Source: Asterias rubens (Eukaryota). From it: a stretch of 64,000 bases of DNA. The stretch spans positions 1,984,001 through 2,048,000 of the forward strand of contig NC_047068.1 in assembly GCF_902459465.1 (NCBI RefSeq), written 5' to 3'. The notes beneath the pieces are model-generated. The model worked only from the letters and a program-made list of their open reading frames with translations. It was not told where the DNA came from and did not search any database. Both the position numbers and the translations under genes were made by a program. Below are positions 48,520 through 61,900 of this stretch, in pieces (the first letter of the stretch is position 1; every line of letters starts with the position of its first letter).

Positions 48520-51500
48520 GTATGTTCTGGTAGATTGAGTGAAGAGTGTTGCACACTGCACTGTGTAGCATGTCTTCCATGTACACCCAATACAGACAGT
48601 CGCTCATGAGCTGTGCTGAACCAAGGAGCGGCTCTAGGTCTACCCAAATAAATGTTGGTTTAAGACAGGCAAACTTAATAAAACATTTACATTAGGTTCA
48701 TCTCATGACAAGATCGACATCTGAAACCAAGGCGCTCCAGAGTCGTTTCGAACGACAACAGTCATCTGTCAATTTACAGCACGTCCAGTTGCTCCTACTT
48801 GTTTTGTACATCAAACTTTTCAAGTACTTAGTTCAATATTTGGTTTGGACGCAACTCTAGAGTGCCTATCTGAACCGGGTGTAAGACAATCAGTGATATA
48901 AAAATGTCTTTCATGAGCTCTTGTTGTAACTTAAATTTTTGTAGCATTTCAGCTGTCCAGGTACCAACAACTGTAACACTGTTAGTTCTGTTTGTGTAAC
49001 CGCATGACTGTATCGATGGTGGGAGTACACCATTGCAAAGCTATGGGTGTATGTTGATACCTGGAGGGTCATTTGGAACCTTTTTTATGATTAAAAATTC
49101 AATTTGTCATAATTTAGGGAATTGACACAGAAGCGTTGATATCTGAGGCAACTTTGGCCTGACCTTATGAGGCTATGGTCCCGCTGAAATACTGATGGAG
49201 AGTTAATGCCTTCTCCAAGTCCTCCCAAGAGGTCCTGTTTTTTCAGTCAACAAAACCAAGACATGGATAAGAAAACTATCTGTTTAATCTCAGTGATGAA
49301 ATCAAATCATAGTCAGCATTGAATCCTCAGCATACACAACATTTCAAACTAGATTCAACTTTGACAGATAACCAGCTTATAAGCGTCTTATTTTACACAG
49401 TGTCTATGTCTAGCGGAGAGCTTCAATCAACACAACTGCCAAACTCCAACACAAATTATTTGAAATGGCTTTCTTTGCCTTGATTTGATTGTATCCAAAG
49501 GAATACAACAGGGGTTTGATTCTATTCCCTGGTCCCCCATTGTACAACTCATGACCTAAGGGACACAGTCAAACTATGGCATTACAGTGCTCAAATACCA
49601 GCTGTTTTCACCAACTGCAAACTTGTATTTTAGGCTTTTCTTATTCTCGCTACTTGTCTGTAGTTTCTCATGGGGACTGGATGCTTGAACCTATAAAACT
49701 TGTCCTGTCTGCACCTGTAAGCCATTCACATATTTCCACTTGGTGGATATGTCATACATGTAGTTGGCTTGTTTCTTACTGGTCTGTATGAGGTGATGAC
49801 CATAATGTCAATCCCTGTGGTTGAAAAACATGTAGCAAAACCCTTCATGGCATTTTAAGACTCATAGAGACATGGTGGTCTATCTTCATACGTTCACATA
49901 ACATAGTTTGTTATCTTTAGTCAAGCAGGTTGTAGATATGGTTTAGAACTTTCTCATGCATGATTTAAGAAACAAATTATGCTCAAAAACCCTGTTTTTG
50001 TTTATATAAGAACATTGCTTTAAATACAGATTTTATTTCATATTTTGGTTTACTAATCAAGAATAAAGGACATTTGAAATTTGACAGTTAGTATAGAATT
50101 GTGAAACAATTTATAGAAATGAAATCCGGGCAAACCATCATAATTAATCAAAATAACCTATATAGCGCCTGTATCAATAAGTATGGTTAAAGACGCTTTG
50201 GCAAAGAATCAATAGTAAAAGAAAGCCATTACCCTCTTACATTGAAGAAATTGCTGCCTTTCTGTATTTTTTGCATAGCCACTTGGTGTTGCTATTGTTT
50301 TCAGTATGTGTATGATTCTTGACAATCAATGGTTTGCCTGAGAAGTAAACAAACCTTCTTAAACTTTGAATGGTTGAAAAGTTCACATGATAGGCTGAAA
50401 TGTTGTTCCATCTGAAATCACCTGTCTTTAATGTTTATAATGGTTGACTCGCTTTGTTTTTGAACATGAATATCAAATCATGTCATTGGGTAACAATACT
50501 TATCCTGTTTGCTGACTTATAAATATATGGTAAAGAAATCATAAATAACTAATGATGCTGCAAGTCCAAGTAGTGCTTTGAGCGGTGCTGTAAAAGGCCC
50601 CAAATCAACACAATTGTATTACATTGTAATGGAGCGGTAGAGAAGAAAGCAATTTTGATCTCACGCAAACTCAAGCATCGCACACACCCTTTAAGCTCAC
50701 ACTATTTCGAAAAAGGAAAGTCTTGGAAATAGACCAGAATGATGATTTGTGCACATGTTGTGTAGTGAATTGTTTGTCCTTATTGCAGCGTGGTGAAGTA
50801 TTGTGAGACTAGTAATGGAAAGTCCATAGATAAATTGTAGGATGAAACCCTATAGCAATTAGTACACCCTACGGACGGTATCATCTCCCACTAGTCATAT
50901 TAACAGCTCATCAGCCATGAAATAAATTAAAGAGTTCCTGAGATATGACCATCACTGTGTGACCTCATAGGGAAAATCAATCCCCAAATACATTTTGCAG
51001 TTGTTTGGGGTTTTGTGGTTTTATGTTGTTTTGTGTGTGTGTGGTTTTTATTTTGGGTTTGTCATTAAGCTTGATGTTATTTGGTGACATTGAGTCCTAT
51101 GGCTGAAGGAATGCTCGTTTTGCGTTAAAGTTGGTGTTAACAGAGAAGTGGGTTCTAACCCAGCACTGTTTGATGACACTTGTGTCCTTGATTAATACTC
51201 ACTGCCATTTCCTTTGTTCTTGGATAAGTTGTAAATTGTTTAAAAGATGGGCCAAGTAGTCCTTTAAAATATACAAATGAGCTCAAATCCCATTTTACAG
51301 AAAGTTTACAACCCCCATCCCCCCCCTCCCCCTCCCCTCCAGTTCTTCCAGGAAGTGTAAATGGGAGAAACTCTAAAATATTGATAGTTTTGTTTGTGTA
51401 GCTTTTAAGGAATCTGACCAGGAGTATGTTTCCTTTTAAATAGCCAAAAAGCCATACTTTTAATGAGTTCAAAATCCTTTTTATAAACAGTGTAAACAAA

Positions 51501-52529
51501 CAGCTGTGTTATCAATTTATCAAAATATTGTGGACAGGGACAGTTACGTACATTCACTTTCTCTTTTAAAGAAAGGTTAAAGAAAGTTTTAAAAAACAAT
51601 CAAATCATAGTCCCGTTCAATCAGATTATATTTTATGAAGATTTAGTTTAGAAAGTGTTTTTGTTTAAAATTTGTTTTGAGAAAGTGTAAACTATTTGGA
51701 CTAAGGTTTACCTTTTAAATCAGTAGTTTTGATATATTGCATCAGTAAATAAAAATATGTGGTAATTCCGTTGCACTTTTCTGAAAATGTATGTATAGTT
51801 GAGTAGTGTTGTCCAGTAAAGAGCAGCTTGAAGAGGGTCTAGCTAGTATTCGATGCCAGTTAATGTTGAAACCAGTTCATGGTTCATATACTGTCGTGAT
51901 TTGTGAACTTCCTGGGGAGTGTTCAAGGCTACCCATATCAAATATGAAACTAGAAAGTCCTAGTTGTTGGTCTGACCCCAAAGGAATCTCAGCTGGCTAT
52001 AATTCTGACCGTCAGTGTTGGTCTGTAAAGACTGCTTCTAATCTATACCCGTCTCAATGCTTCATTATACCTGCTACTTCAGTTAGTGCTGGATTGGAAC
52101 TAGAAGCAACTGTTGTGGTACAGCTTAGATGTGTAGATAGCAATAGCTTCCTCTAGTGTTACAATTGACTGGTATTGTGTATGTTGGATAATTTGGACTT
52201 GACAGGCAAGCCTGTTGGAGCTTTCATCGTAGTGCATCTGTTTGGTGTTGGACACCTTGCATAGTGTTGATTAGTTCAAACCCTAAATGCCCAATACTAC
52301 ATTGATATAATAGGTTAGCTTTGTTTGGTTTCTGAGCAACATTGACAACAGTAGGTTATGGATTCTATCTTTGTAGACTTTCATAAATGAATATTGAATC
52401 GTTGATCAACCTGTAGGTAAAACAGTGAGAGCTTGGAATTTATTTTCTTATGAAATTACCAGAAATGTGGCAAACACTTCTCAAGGATATTGTAGCATGG
52501 TATTATTGGAGATGTAAATCATGATAAAT

Positions 52530-53110
52530 AAGACTTAGAGTTAGCTGTTGTAAACTGCTTACCAACCAAAAGGACCTACATAGTTTAAATGCAAAAAAGT
52601 AATCAATGACCAAATGTTTCGACCCTAGCAGAGTCTGTCTCAAAGACTAAATGACATGGGTATATTGTAACAGAAGCATTCAGGTGCAAATACATGGTGT
52701 TAAAAAAAAAAGCCCAAAACTCTTTAGTTCGTTTTCTGTAAAATTCCTTTCAATTTTTTGTTAAAGGGTTGCATTTACATACATATAAGCGCATGTCCCT
52801 CAAATTTGTTTAAAAACTTGAATTTAACCACAGTTCAACTACAGAGATTTTTCCAGTGTGTACCAAAACGTTCACCATTCCACTAAAACACACAGGTCCT
52901 ACGCATTCCCATCTATATAGGGTAGTTTGTTCACATCATCATGAAAAACAATCAGATTTATTTATAAACCACTGAAGTAACTACTATTCTACACAAACTT
53001 GATAGATTGAAATGCAATTTAAAAGCTGATTTCTTTGAAAATTGAAACTTCTTTTATAAATTGTAAATAATTGTCAACAGATGACTGTATTTGTTACCAT
53101 AGAAGCATGA
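52530..53110 (-). mobile_element. Degraded Penelope-like element (family PLE-c) with variant hammerhead-like motif
   Basis: Minus strand 52605-52650: gtctttgagaca-GACTC-tgcta-GGGTC-GAAAC-att; contains the acatggtgtta motif seen in PLE-a/b. Confidence 0.4.
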
Positions 53111-53249
53111 GTGGAATTCTGAAGAAATAGTACATCTGCATCCCATGTCCAACAAGGCCAACAAGTCAGTTATGGGACGCAGACACGCTATATTTTTCTG
53201 TATTTCTTGATTCCTTTAGGCAAACTTGGCATGCAGCTTGGCATGCAGC

Positions 53250-53487
53250 TTGTCACATGAAGTTGTGTGCTTTCAGATGCTTAATTTCGAGACCTCAAAT
53301 TCTAAATCTGAGGTCTCGAAATCAAAATCGTGGAAAATTACTTTTTTCTCGAAAACTGCATAACTTCAGAGGGAGCCGTTTCTCACAATGTTTTAAACTA
53401 TCAACCTCTCCCCATTACTCATTACAGAGTAAGGTTTTATGCTAATAATAATTTTGAGTAACTACCAATAGTGTCCATTGCCTTTAA
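53250..53487 (-). mobile_element. MITE family A, one-ended copy
   Basis: Family body and one TIR with TTAA. Confidence 0.85.
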
Positions 53488-53692
53488 GGAAGAACGCTGT
53501 GCAGTTCGGCCAAGTCTAGATTGGTAGCTAGGGCTACAGCTTGTAACAACCTAAGCAACAGTATAGCCGTAGCTGTAACCGCCAATTTGGATACAGCATT
53601 AATTTTCGTCACATGTATCATCTAAGATTGCAATGCGCAGACACTAGAGGGCGCTGTTATGATGACCTTCTGGCTTATCAACACAGTTAAAG

Positions 53693-53735
53693 CATAGAGT
53701 AAGGATATAGTATAGAGTAAGTTCCTTACTCTATG
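53693..53735. mobile_element. Miniature CATAGAG...CTCTATG element (P-like termini)
   Basis: catagagtaagga / tccttactctatg flanked by gttaaag(c) on both sides. Confidence 0.55.
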
Positions 53736-54240
53736 GTTAAAGCATGTCCAGACAATCAAATCATGCACACCATACATCCTTCTCTCAGCATTGTACGTAC
53801 ATTAAAGATGTTGTTCATGTTGCAGCTTCTGATTAGCATCTAATGTTGATGCAGCTGAAACCTACATATACATGTAAACTGTGTTGTACATATAAACAAA
53901 TGTTCTTAATAGAATAACTAGATGTAGCTTGACATTTGACCCATGGCAATAAATGATGTGATGGAATACTACATGATACCCGACCATCTCCAGACTGGAT
54001 TGGTGTATACCTTAGTGGTTACAGGGAGTGTGGTGGAATGAGTCAGTGTTACCACATACAGTACCAATCTCTACCATGTAGGGCCAAATAAATCAAAATA
54101 CCAGTTGATCGTCCGAGTTTCTCCAAAAAGAGGACGATGAGGGCCTTTTTATTTTTTATTCAAAGGTGGCCGCCGAGTATTTTAATTCAAACTGGCCACC
54201 AATTCTCCAGTTTAAAGTCACCACTTTATGTAGCTCTTAA

Positions 54241-54662
54241 TTAAATGCAGTGGACACTATTGGTAATTGTCAAAGACCAGCCTTCACAGTTGGTGTATCT
54301 CAACATATGCATAAAATAACAAACCTGTGAAAATTTGAGCTCAATCGGTCATCGAACTTGCGAGATAATAATGAAAGAAAAAAACACTCTTCTCACACGA
54401 AGGTGTGTGCGTTTAGATGGTTGATTTCGAGACCAAGGTGTGTGCGTTTAGATGGTTGATTTCGAGACCTCAAGTTCTAAATCTGAGGTCTCGAAATCAA
54501 ATTCATGGAAAATTACTTCTTTCTCGAAAACTATGGCACTTCAGAGGGAGCCGTTTCTCACAATGTTTTGTACCATCAACCTCTCTCCATTACTCGTCAC
54601 CATGAAAGGTTTTATGCTAATAATTATTTTGAGTAATTACCAATAGTGTCCACTGCCTCTAA
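54241..54662 (-). mobile_element. MITE family A with an internal 35-bp tandem duplication (54400-54469)
   Basis: aaggtgtgtgcgtttagatggttgatttcgagacc x2. Confidence 0.88.
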
Positions 54663-55287
54663 AAGATTAGTAAGTTTAAGGAGAAATACACAAAAATTCG
54701 TCTTTTTGAAAAATAAAATGTAAAATAAAAAATAATTCAAAACAAGTATGCGGCCTCAAATAAGGATGAGGGAGGGGATGATTAACTGGTATTCTGTTTT
54801 ATTTGGCCTAGTAATAAACCATATTTCCAGAAATGATGATCTATGAGAAACTTGACCTGCTATTGTATCTGAATCAAGTAACTCATTATGCAAGAAGTTA
54901 TCCTAGCCCCTAACTGCAATAAACACTAGGGTTGGGTGGAACTTGTTGATTGATTTGGAACACTGCTTAAACACACTAATTCAAGTGAAACTAGCCTAGG
55001 GTACAAGAGTCAATATTGGTTTAATTGGATGTCATATACCATTGATGGTAGCTGTCGAAAAGTTACACAGCCAACCCAGTTGTAGGGTCACTACTGGTGT
55101 GCTGCTGCATGAAAACCTTAGTTGTTGTTGGATAATGTGTGTGTAGCCATGGAGTCTTCCTCCATGGTATAGCTATGCCTTATTATTTGCTTCATTACAA
55201 GTACTAGTAAACTACTAATATAATAATAAAGTGATAATCTGTGCTTTCCCAAACATAAGTCGATGAAAATGATATTAAGCAAAGTGG

Positions 55288-55644
55288 TTAAAAGCAAGAC
55301 ATACATTTGGTAGTTGTCAAAGACTAGACCAGTATCCCCACTAGGTGTATCCTAACATAACATAAAACAATAAACTTGTGAACATTTGGGCGCAATTTTT
55401 CATCGAAGTTGCAAGACAAGAATTAGAGAAAAAAATACCCTTGTTGCATAGAATTGTGTGCTTTTAGATGCCTGCAGATTCGTATTTCTTTGGTCAAATA
55501 ACCTCTCTCTCTCTCTAAACTTACATTACTTCAAATGGAGTTTTTTCTAACAATACTTTAACAGCTCTTCATTGCTCTATACCAAGTGAGTTTTTATGGT
55601 CACATATGTTTGGAGTAATTTCCAAAAGTATACGCTGTCTTTAA
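55288..55644 (-). mobile_element. MITE family A, old diverged copy
   Basis: TTAA flanks and recognisable but decayed body. Confidence 0.7.
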
Positions 55645-56988
55645 GCAGTTAAATTAAACCGTGTACATGGAAAGTAAAACATTTGTGTTCACTTACATGT
55701 AAAATTAATCGAACAAGATTGCTAGTGGTGTTCAGACAGCAAACAACAAGTGGATTATAGCTTAGAAATAATAATCAGCAAATGTACTTACTTTACCTTT
55801 GAGTTATTTTGATGAAACAGCATCTTGGAAATGTTTGTTCGCTATTCATGTCTTTGTAGTGTCAACAACATTCTTGCCTGTTGGATGATTTGAGAAACAT
55901 CAAAATTTGTAAATCGCACCTCACTAAGGCAAGGGGGAGAATGACTTTAGTTTGCCAGGCAATAGATATGTCATTGTCCATGCAAGACTTCCCACGCATG
56001 GTGCTTTCTACATCTCAGACTAACTATAACAAACACTGTTGTCTGTGTACTGCATTTTTCTCTAAACAACTATCCAATCTTCTATCTACTGTTGGAATTA
56101 ATATAGAAATAACTTCCTACGTGGAAAATGAAAAAATCAAGGTTTAAGTAAGAGTCTATTCAAAAAGATGAAGCAAAATACAAAATGATGAAAAGCAGAT
56201 TAAATACTTGTTTGTGATTTATTGGATTTCTGTGCAGAAATATATGCCCTTCTCAGGCCATTTACATGTTGCAAAGGGCACTTCCATTGGACAATCTTAA
56301 AAGTCAATGGCAAACTTCTGAAGGGGCACTTAGGCCAAGACCAGGGGCAACAAGAGTCCATGGCTTCTGGTTATTCTATAGGCCTGACAAAATTGTTGAA
56401 ATTGTTAGTGTCTGCATGCATGGTGTCCAGCATGAGTCCTTTGGAGAAACAAAATCGCAAACCTAACTTAGGATTCATCTCAGGACTTAGGACGGGTTCA
56501 GTCCCGTATCCTAGTACGTAGGACGCATTGAACCCATCCTAAATTAGGACGGGTTACTGGTCCTAACTCCAGTTAGGATTAATCCTAGTGTTAAGTGAAA
56601 ACAGCTGTAGGACTCCTGATATTCTGAACGACTCTCCAGAGATCACAATGACTGATTGGCTTCAATATTCAAGTTGGAAAAATGTCCTAAAAAAATATGG
56701 TTCTGGGACATTTTTATCCATTGGTATGTAATTTTTCAAATACTGGATTCACACATTAGTAGATGTTTTCAAGGACACATTTATCTATCCTATTTTTATT
56801 TTAGGAATTTTAATCCACACAACCACAGAAAGCACCTCAAGCAGTTATAAGACATTGAACCCTTAGTAGCAAAGTACTTTCTTTTTCATATATAAATAAG
56901 AAAACTTACCTCTTGTGAAGGCCAATATAGATATGAATCGACTCTGGGTCTGTTTGATCAATAACATTTATTTTTAAAACAAAGGATT

Positions 56989-57293
56989 CAGGGGTCGATT
57001 TCACAAAGAGTTAAGACTTTAGTTAAGATTAGTTTTATCTCGAGTTAGGAAGATTTACTCATCCTAACTTAGGACTAGCTCTCCTAGGACTAAAAGTCCT
57101 AACTGAAGCCCGGTTAATGCGATACTAATGTTCGCAACCAAATTCGCACTGAGTTGAGTTGTGCTCAATTCTCTTGCGAATATCGCAGCGAGAGAGTAGT
57201 TGTGAGGTCAAATTCATACCAAATTCGCACCGCATCCCATTCGCATTCGAAGGAAGTATGAACCAGGCTTTACTCTTTGTGAAATCCACCTTG
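56989..57293. mobile_element. MITE family F containing nested family G (57106-57270)
   Basis: caggggtcgatttcacaaagag ... ctctttgtgaaatccacc with an aagcccggtt...aaccaggctt insert. Confidence 0.8.
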
Positions 57294-57365
57294 GAATCTA
57301 ACACTTCACTCCCACTGTTATATGTTATTGTTGAAACAATCAATAATTGACCAATAGATGAGTTT

Positions 57366-57880
57366 ATATAACACCCAAGCAGATCCTTGCCATTTGATTG
57401 CAGGATTGTCCGTCACGTGATAGCAAATAAAAGTACCATTGCACGCTGAGTCACTCGCCGTGCTTTTTCATTCCATCCGAAAAGTACCATTGCACGCTGG
57501 CACGCTGGCAGCGTGCAATGGTACTTTTCAGATGGAACGAAAAAGCTGAGTAAAAACATCACTGCGTGCGCGTGTCTTTGGTAACGCAGCAGGTGTTACT
57601 GCAAGAAGGCATAGTAAAATTACTAGCATTCGGCTTCTACAGTTGAAATTGTTTGTTTTGAAAGTTGTATCTTTCAATCAAAATGACAAAGATCTACTTG
57701 GATGTTATATAAAACAAATAATGAATGTTTTTCATTCGTGCAATGGTGCAAATATGTTCATTCGTTGAAAGCTGGAATGTTCCATTCAACTCGGCTCCGC
57801 CTCGTTGAATAGAACATGCCCTCTTTCAACTCATGAACATATTCGCACCATTGCACTCATAAACATTCATTATGTGTATA
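57366..57880. mobile_element. Multi-hairpin non-autonomous DNA element (possibly Crypton-type)
   Basis: 20-bp perfect hairpin aaaagtaccattgcacgctg (57480-57528, third copy ~57428) and ~70-bp arms (57718-57872) around a TCGGCTCCGCCTC loop. Confidence 0.55.
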
Positions 57881-58691
57881 ATATTACCTTGTTACAAACA
57901 AGCAATATCTAAGAAAGCTATTTTTATTTGTCATGTTTGAAATGCTAATCAGTAGAATCTGCACCTGTGCGCCCAAGCTGTGGGGTAGCTTTAAGGAATA
58001 GTATTGACCTATTAATTACAGTATGTATGATTTATCTATTACTCTCAACATGTTTGACAACACTCAAAACTAGTCAAAGAAATAGCCAAGCAAGTCTGCA
58101 AAAAAGTACAATACAGCCTCTAGGTTATCTTTTTGTGGTGGGCACATTTTTCACTTTAGCCCTTAGTTTTACTTTAACCCGCCAAAGATTCAATCATCAA
58201 AGTTATGACATGTATTTGACTCCTAGCTTAAGGTTCTCGAACAGTTTTAAAGATCACTTTCTTGATATTTATGAGGAGTATTAATTATTAAGTGTACCAA
58301 AGAAATAAAGAACACAAAACCAAGTTTTTGTTTGTTCCAACAATAATCACTAATCCAATGTGGATTACTTGATTTGGCAGTGAGAACAAACCTTAGCTTA
58401 GGTTCAATACTTTATCCACATGTGGACTTGAACAAATACTTGTAAGACTAGTGTACAGCCCTTTTCTGGCCATCTTGTTGGCTGCCCCAGCCCCTATTCA
58501 ATGTTGGCTCTCATTGCGCTGTCTTCGCTCCAGCTAGGGTTAACAACATTGAGCGATTGAAGGGGGCAGGGTATGTTTATTGATACATGGCCCAAGCATT
58601 TTGGCCAGAATTGAGAGGTCTCAGTTTTTAAAGCGCATTTGAACATGTATATTGAAAATGCGCTGTAAAAATTCATTGTTTTTATATAGGA

Positions 58692-58992
58692 TTTGAGGCA
58701 TTGCACCCTGAGGTATCAATACTGCTGTAACACCATGTGTGTATCTACTTGCCAGGTAGAGTTTGTTCTTAGAGAACTGTCTTTCTTTATTCTCCTACCG
58801 CGGAGTAGAATTATCGGATGTTCGGGATCGGGAGACTTCTCAGTTCTGAAAAGAACTGTCCAGCTTTTTAACTACTACCTTGGTGGAGGGTATTGGATCC
58901 TTTAGGTTTACAGGATTGCTTAACTGCACTACCGCGGAGTCAGTTCTTGAATTGGTCTCAACATTTTGACTAGCTTGCTTTAGTCCTCATCA
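58692..58992 (-). mobile_element. Penelope-like element PLE-b, second copy
   Basis: Matches 14830-15108; minus-strand TGATGAG-GACTAA-AGCAAG-CTAGTC-AAAAT-GTT-GAGAC. Confidence 0.7.
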
Positions 58993-61900
58993 TTGTATTT
59001 ATTATTATTATTATTTTCATTCAAACTTCACATGCACACTTTATATCAGTTGGTCTATGTCCCCCAAGTATTTGTCTTGATCTGCAATGTTTCTGTTAAG
59101 TTAATGAATCTGGTGTACACAGATCACTTTTGTCAGACTACTGGCTAACTATCCTACTATAAATGAGGCAGCAGTGGATCATAATGTGAGTGCAGTTACA
59201 GTGAGCCTCATCTTGACCTCTTTGTACAAGGAGAGTCCTATCTGTGGCTGTGTGGATCTATGGTAAATGCCAACCAGGCACCCCTTGCTATTAACTGCAA
59301 AACAATCAAACAGAGGTTCAATTAATCTGGCCTCATGTGAAGAATGAACCTTTCAAATGAAGGAGGTTGCCCTATAAGCAAATCTAGGACTCTAGTACAA
59401 CACTGCTCAAGATTTATATTGGCTATTAGTATTACCAAAATAACAAACAAGTATAAGAAGTAACTTTAACTACTAAATAATAAACTTGCGGGTATAACCA
59501 TGTATAATATCTCGTTTGAGGGAGTGTTGGCTCTGAAAAGAGGTGGTGTGGTCTTGGTGTTTCAAACAAATATTTGAAGTTGTCATGGTGATTGTAAGAA
59601 GGATGGACTCTGTTCTTCAATCATACAATGCACCTGTATACTATTCATTTACTCAGCGGTTCTTTAAGAAATGAAAAGGAAGGGAATTACACCATCTGCT
59701 AGCCCTACCCCCATGTACAACGTCTTCCGGTGTCTGTAACCCCATAGGCCCCCACGAGACTGCCTCATCTGGTACACAGTATTAACCAAGATTTCTGATC
59801 CTTCTTAACTTGATTCATTTATTACCCCATTTATCCAACCATCTGGGCTGGATTCCCAGCTAAAGCAATATTCTGCTCGGGTCAGAAATGAGGCTTTACT
59901 TGTTAGTCTGTCAATTTCATTTTTCTGATCCAATGAAAATATCTGCTGATTATTATCTGCATGGTTTACTGGAAGATCAATCTGCCTGAAGATTATTGTA
60001 AAAGCTTTACTTCTTGACAGCATTATAAATGACCCGGTATGACTAGCAGCTTGTGGTGTGACTTTGTAGAGGTTGTTTTGGGTATTGTAGTAGGCATCAG
60101 CGTTTAATTGTGCCCTTGTGCAGTGTCTGTAGCAATTGTAGAAGTAAATCTAATGCTGGTATCTGATGACCCAGCCATGGTTGGAGCTAACAGAGCTAAC
60201 AGGCAGGCAGACGGATGAGTCTTGCTTCCACTGACTAGACGTGACAGCATGGTAAGAATAGCTTCTCAGGTGACAAGCTGTGTAGCTTTGAACTTTCTAC
60301 ATCTGGGTTAGATAGCGACCTGAAGATATTTTTAGCGCATGCAGGTGGATTGGATGAAGGCTTTCCACATTGATGAGTAGAACCACTTGTCTTGTTTAAG
60401 GAGCACAGTTGGTCAGATTTTATATTCGCATCCACCCTCCGATTTGAGAGTACAGTTTCTAAGGTGTTGATGTAGGCCTACCTTGTTGCTGTGGTATTAG
60501 CTGAAATGTAACTAGTTGAATGATTGCAATCCTAATGCCTGCTTATTGTGTCTGTTGGAGCAACATAAACCATTGCTTGTCCCATACAGTTGATTAAGTG
60601 CAAGGCACGTCATTGGATTTAGTTGTGAAAACCGTAACCCTCCATCCTCCTGATGGTTGGAGGATGCAAGGTTAGGATTATAGCCACTACATTGGATTGT
60701 GAAGCACAGTCATTCCAAGTAACCCCCTACATGTAGTTCATCCAAGATGAACAGGACTGATTTTTGTTATAATGTTACCAAAAGTAAAACTTGCCCATGG
60801 GTGACCCAGAGAATAACATGTCTAGTATCAGGTATAAGAGCCGGTCTACTTTACTGCAGCAGTTGGGAAATTAGAAGACTCACTATCATTAATTGTATAC
60901 TATATGTGTATAAAGCAAAATAAGAAGGATTTTGGTGCACAGTTTTGAATGTTGACAAATAGTGGCCAGTCACAAAACGTGTCACTGTCAGGTTCAATGG
61001 ATGGTTGAGATTGCCTGGGCCAGGGAAGGGGAAAGTACAGAACAGACATCTTACACTGGTTAAAACAAACAAAAATGCAAGTTTGTCCCAAACAGGGCTA
61101 AAAAGCCACACTCTTGGTAAGGGGGCTACAAGAAAAAAATATTAAAGATGAAAAGAACTTATGGGAGCTAAAGGAAGGAATTGATATTTGCTCTTCAAAC
61201 AGTCTAGATTGTAGGTTGGAGGGAAACATGCACCAAGCAAGGAGTTCCAAGTCATGAAAATATCTGTAGAAGAGACAGAGGCTGACTACAGACATACTGT
61301 TGGAAAGAGGATGCGGTGTTGGCAGTGGAAGTGGATGTGGTGTGCCTCACAACATGGAGCTATGCTCACACTGGGTACCTGTACAATGCACTTTGCAGTT
61401 TGTATACATGTGTGGTTCTTGATTGTAATTTTTCTTCCAAGTACCATAGTTGACATGACTTGACATTTACAGTATGTTACTAGCATCATGGTAGCATACA
61501 TGCACTCTTTGTTACAAGATTTCTTACTACAATCTCTCTGTTTAATTGATGCTTTCTGTCTGTGGTTGAACACAACATTTACAGAGAAAAAGTTCAGCTG
61601 ACACCTGAAGGTCAGCAGAAATTCACGAGGCTGTCCTCACTAATAAATCACATATTTTGTGACCATGGTAACAGCATTCCCTGAGTAGCCAGCTTTTGTT
61701 TGTTCAAGAAGTAACAGTACCTCAGAGTGAGTTTTGTTTTGCTGGATTTAGAGAATGATGCATTAGTCAGTATAGAAAAGTGAAAGGTAGTCTGTCTGCT
61801 ACCCCATATGGATAGAGCTCAACATGGGCCTTATTTACAATTTGAGGTCTTTTTCACAGTTTTAGTCAGATGTGAATAATTAGGTTTTTTTGATACGCGT

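Noticed and set aside
48696-48860. Candidate coding exon after 46900
   Set aside because: Weak acceptor, and the phase-0 frame stops before any usable donor.
15891-54646. Recurring short ORFs (MSSIGRRSCEII..., ...LRSRNQIRGKLL...) as a gene family
   Set aside because: All are incidental frames of MITE family A copies, with variable frameshifts.
55798-56117. Minus-strand exon with good splice signals (also a mini-exon at ~56910-56950)
   Set aside because: All three frames are closed and there is no supporting gene structure; an antisense lncRNA cannot be excluded.
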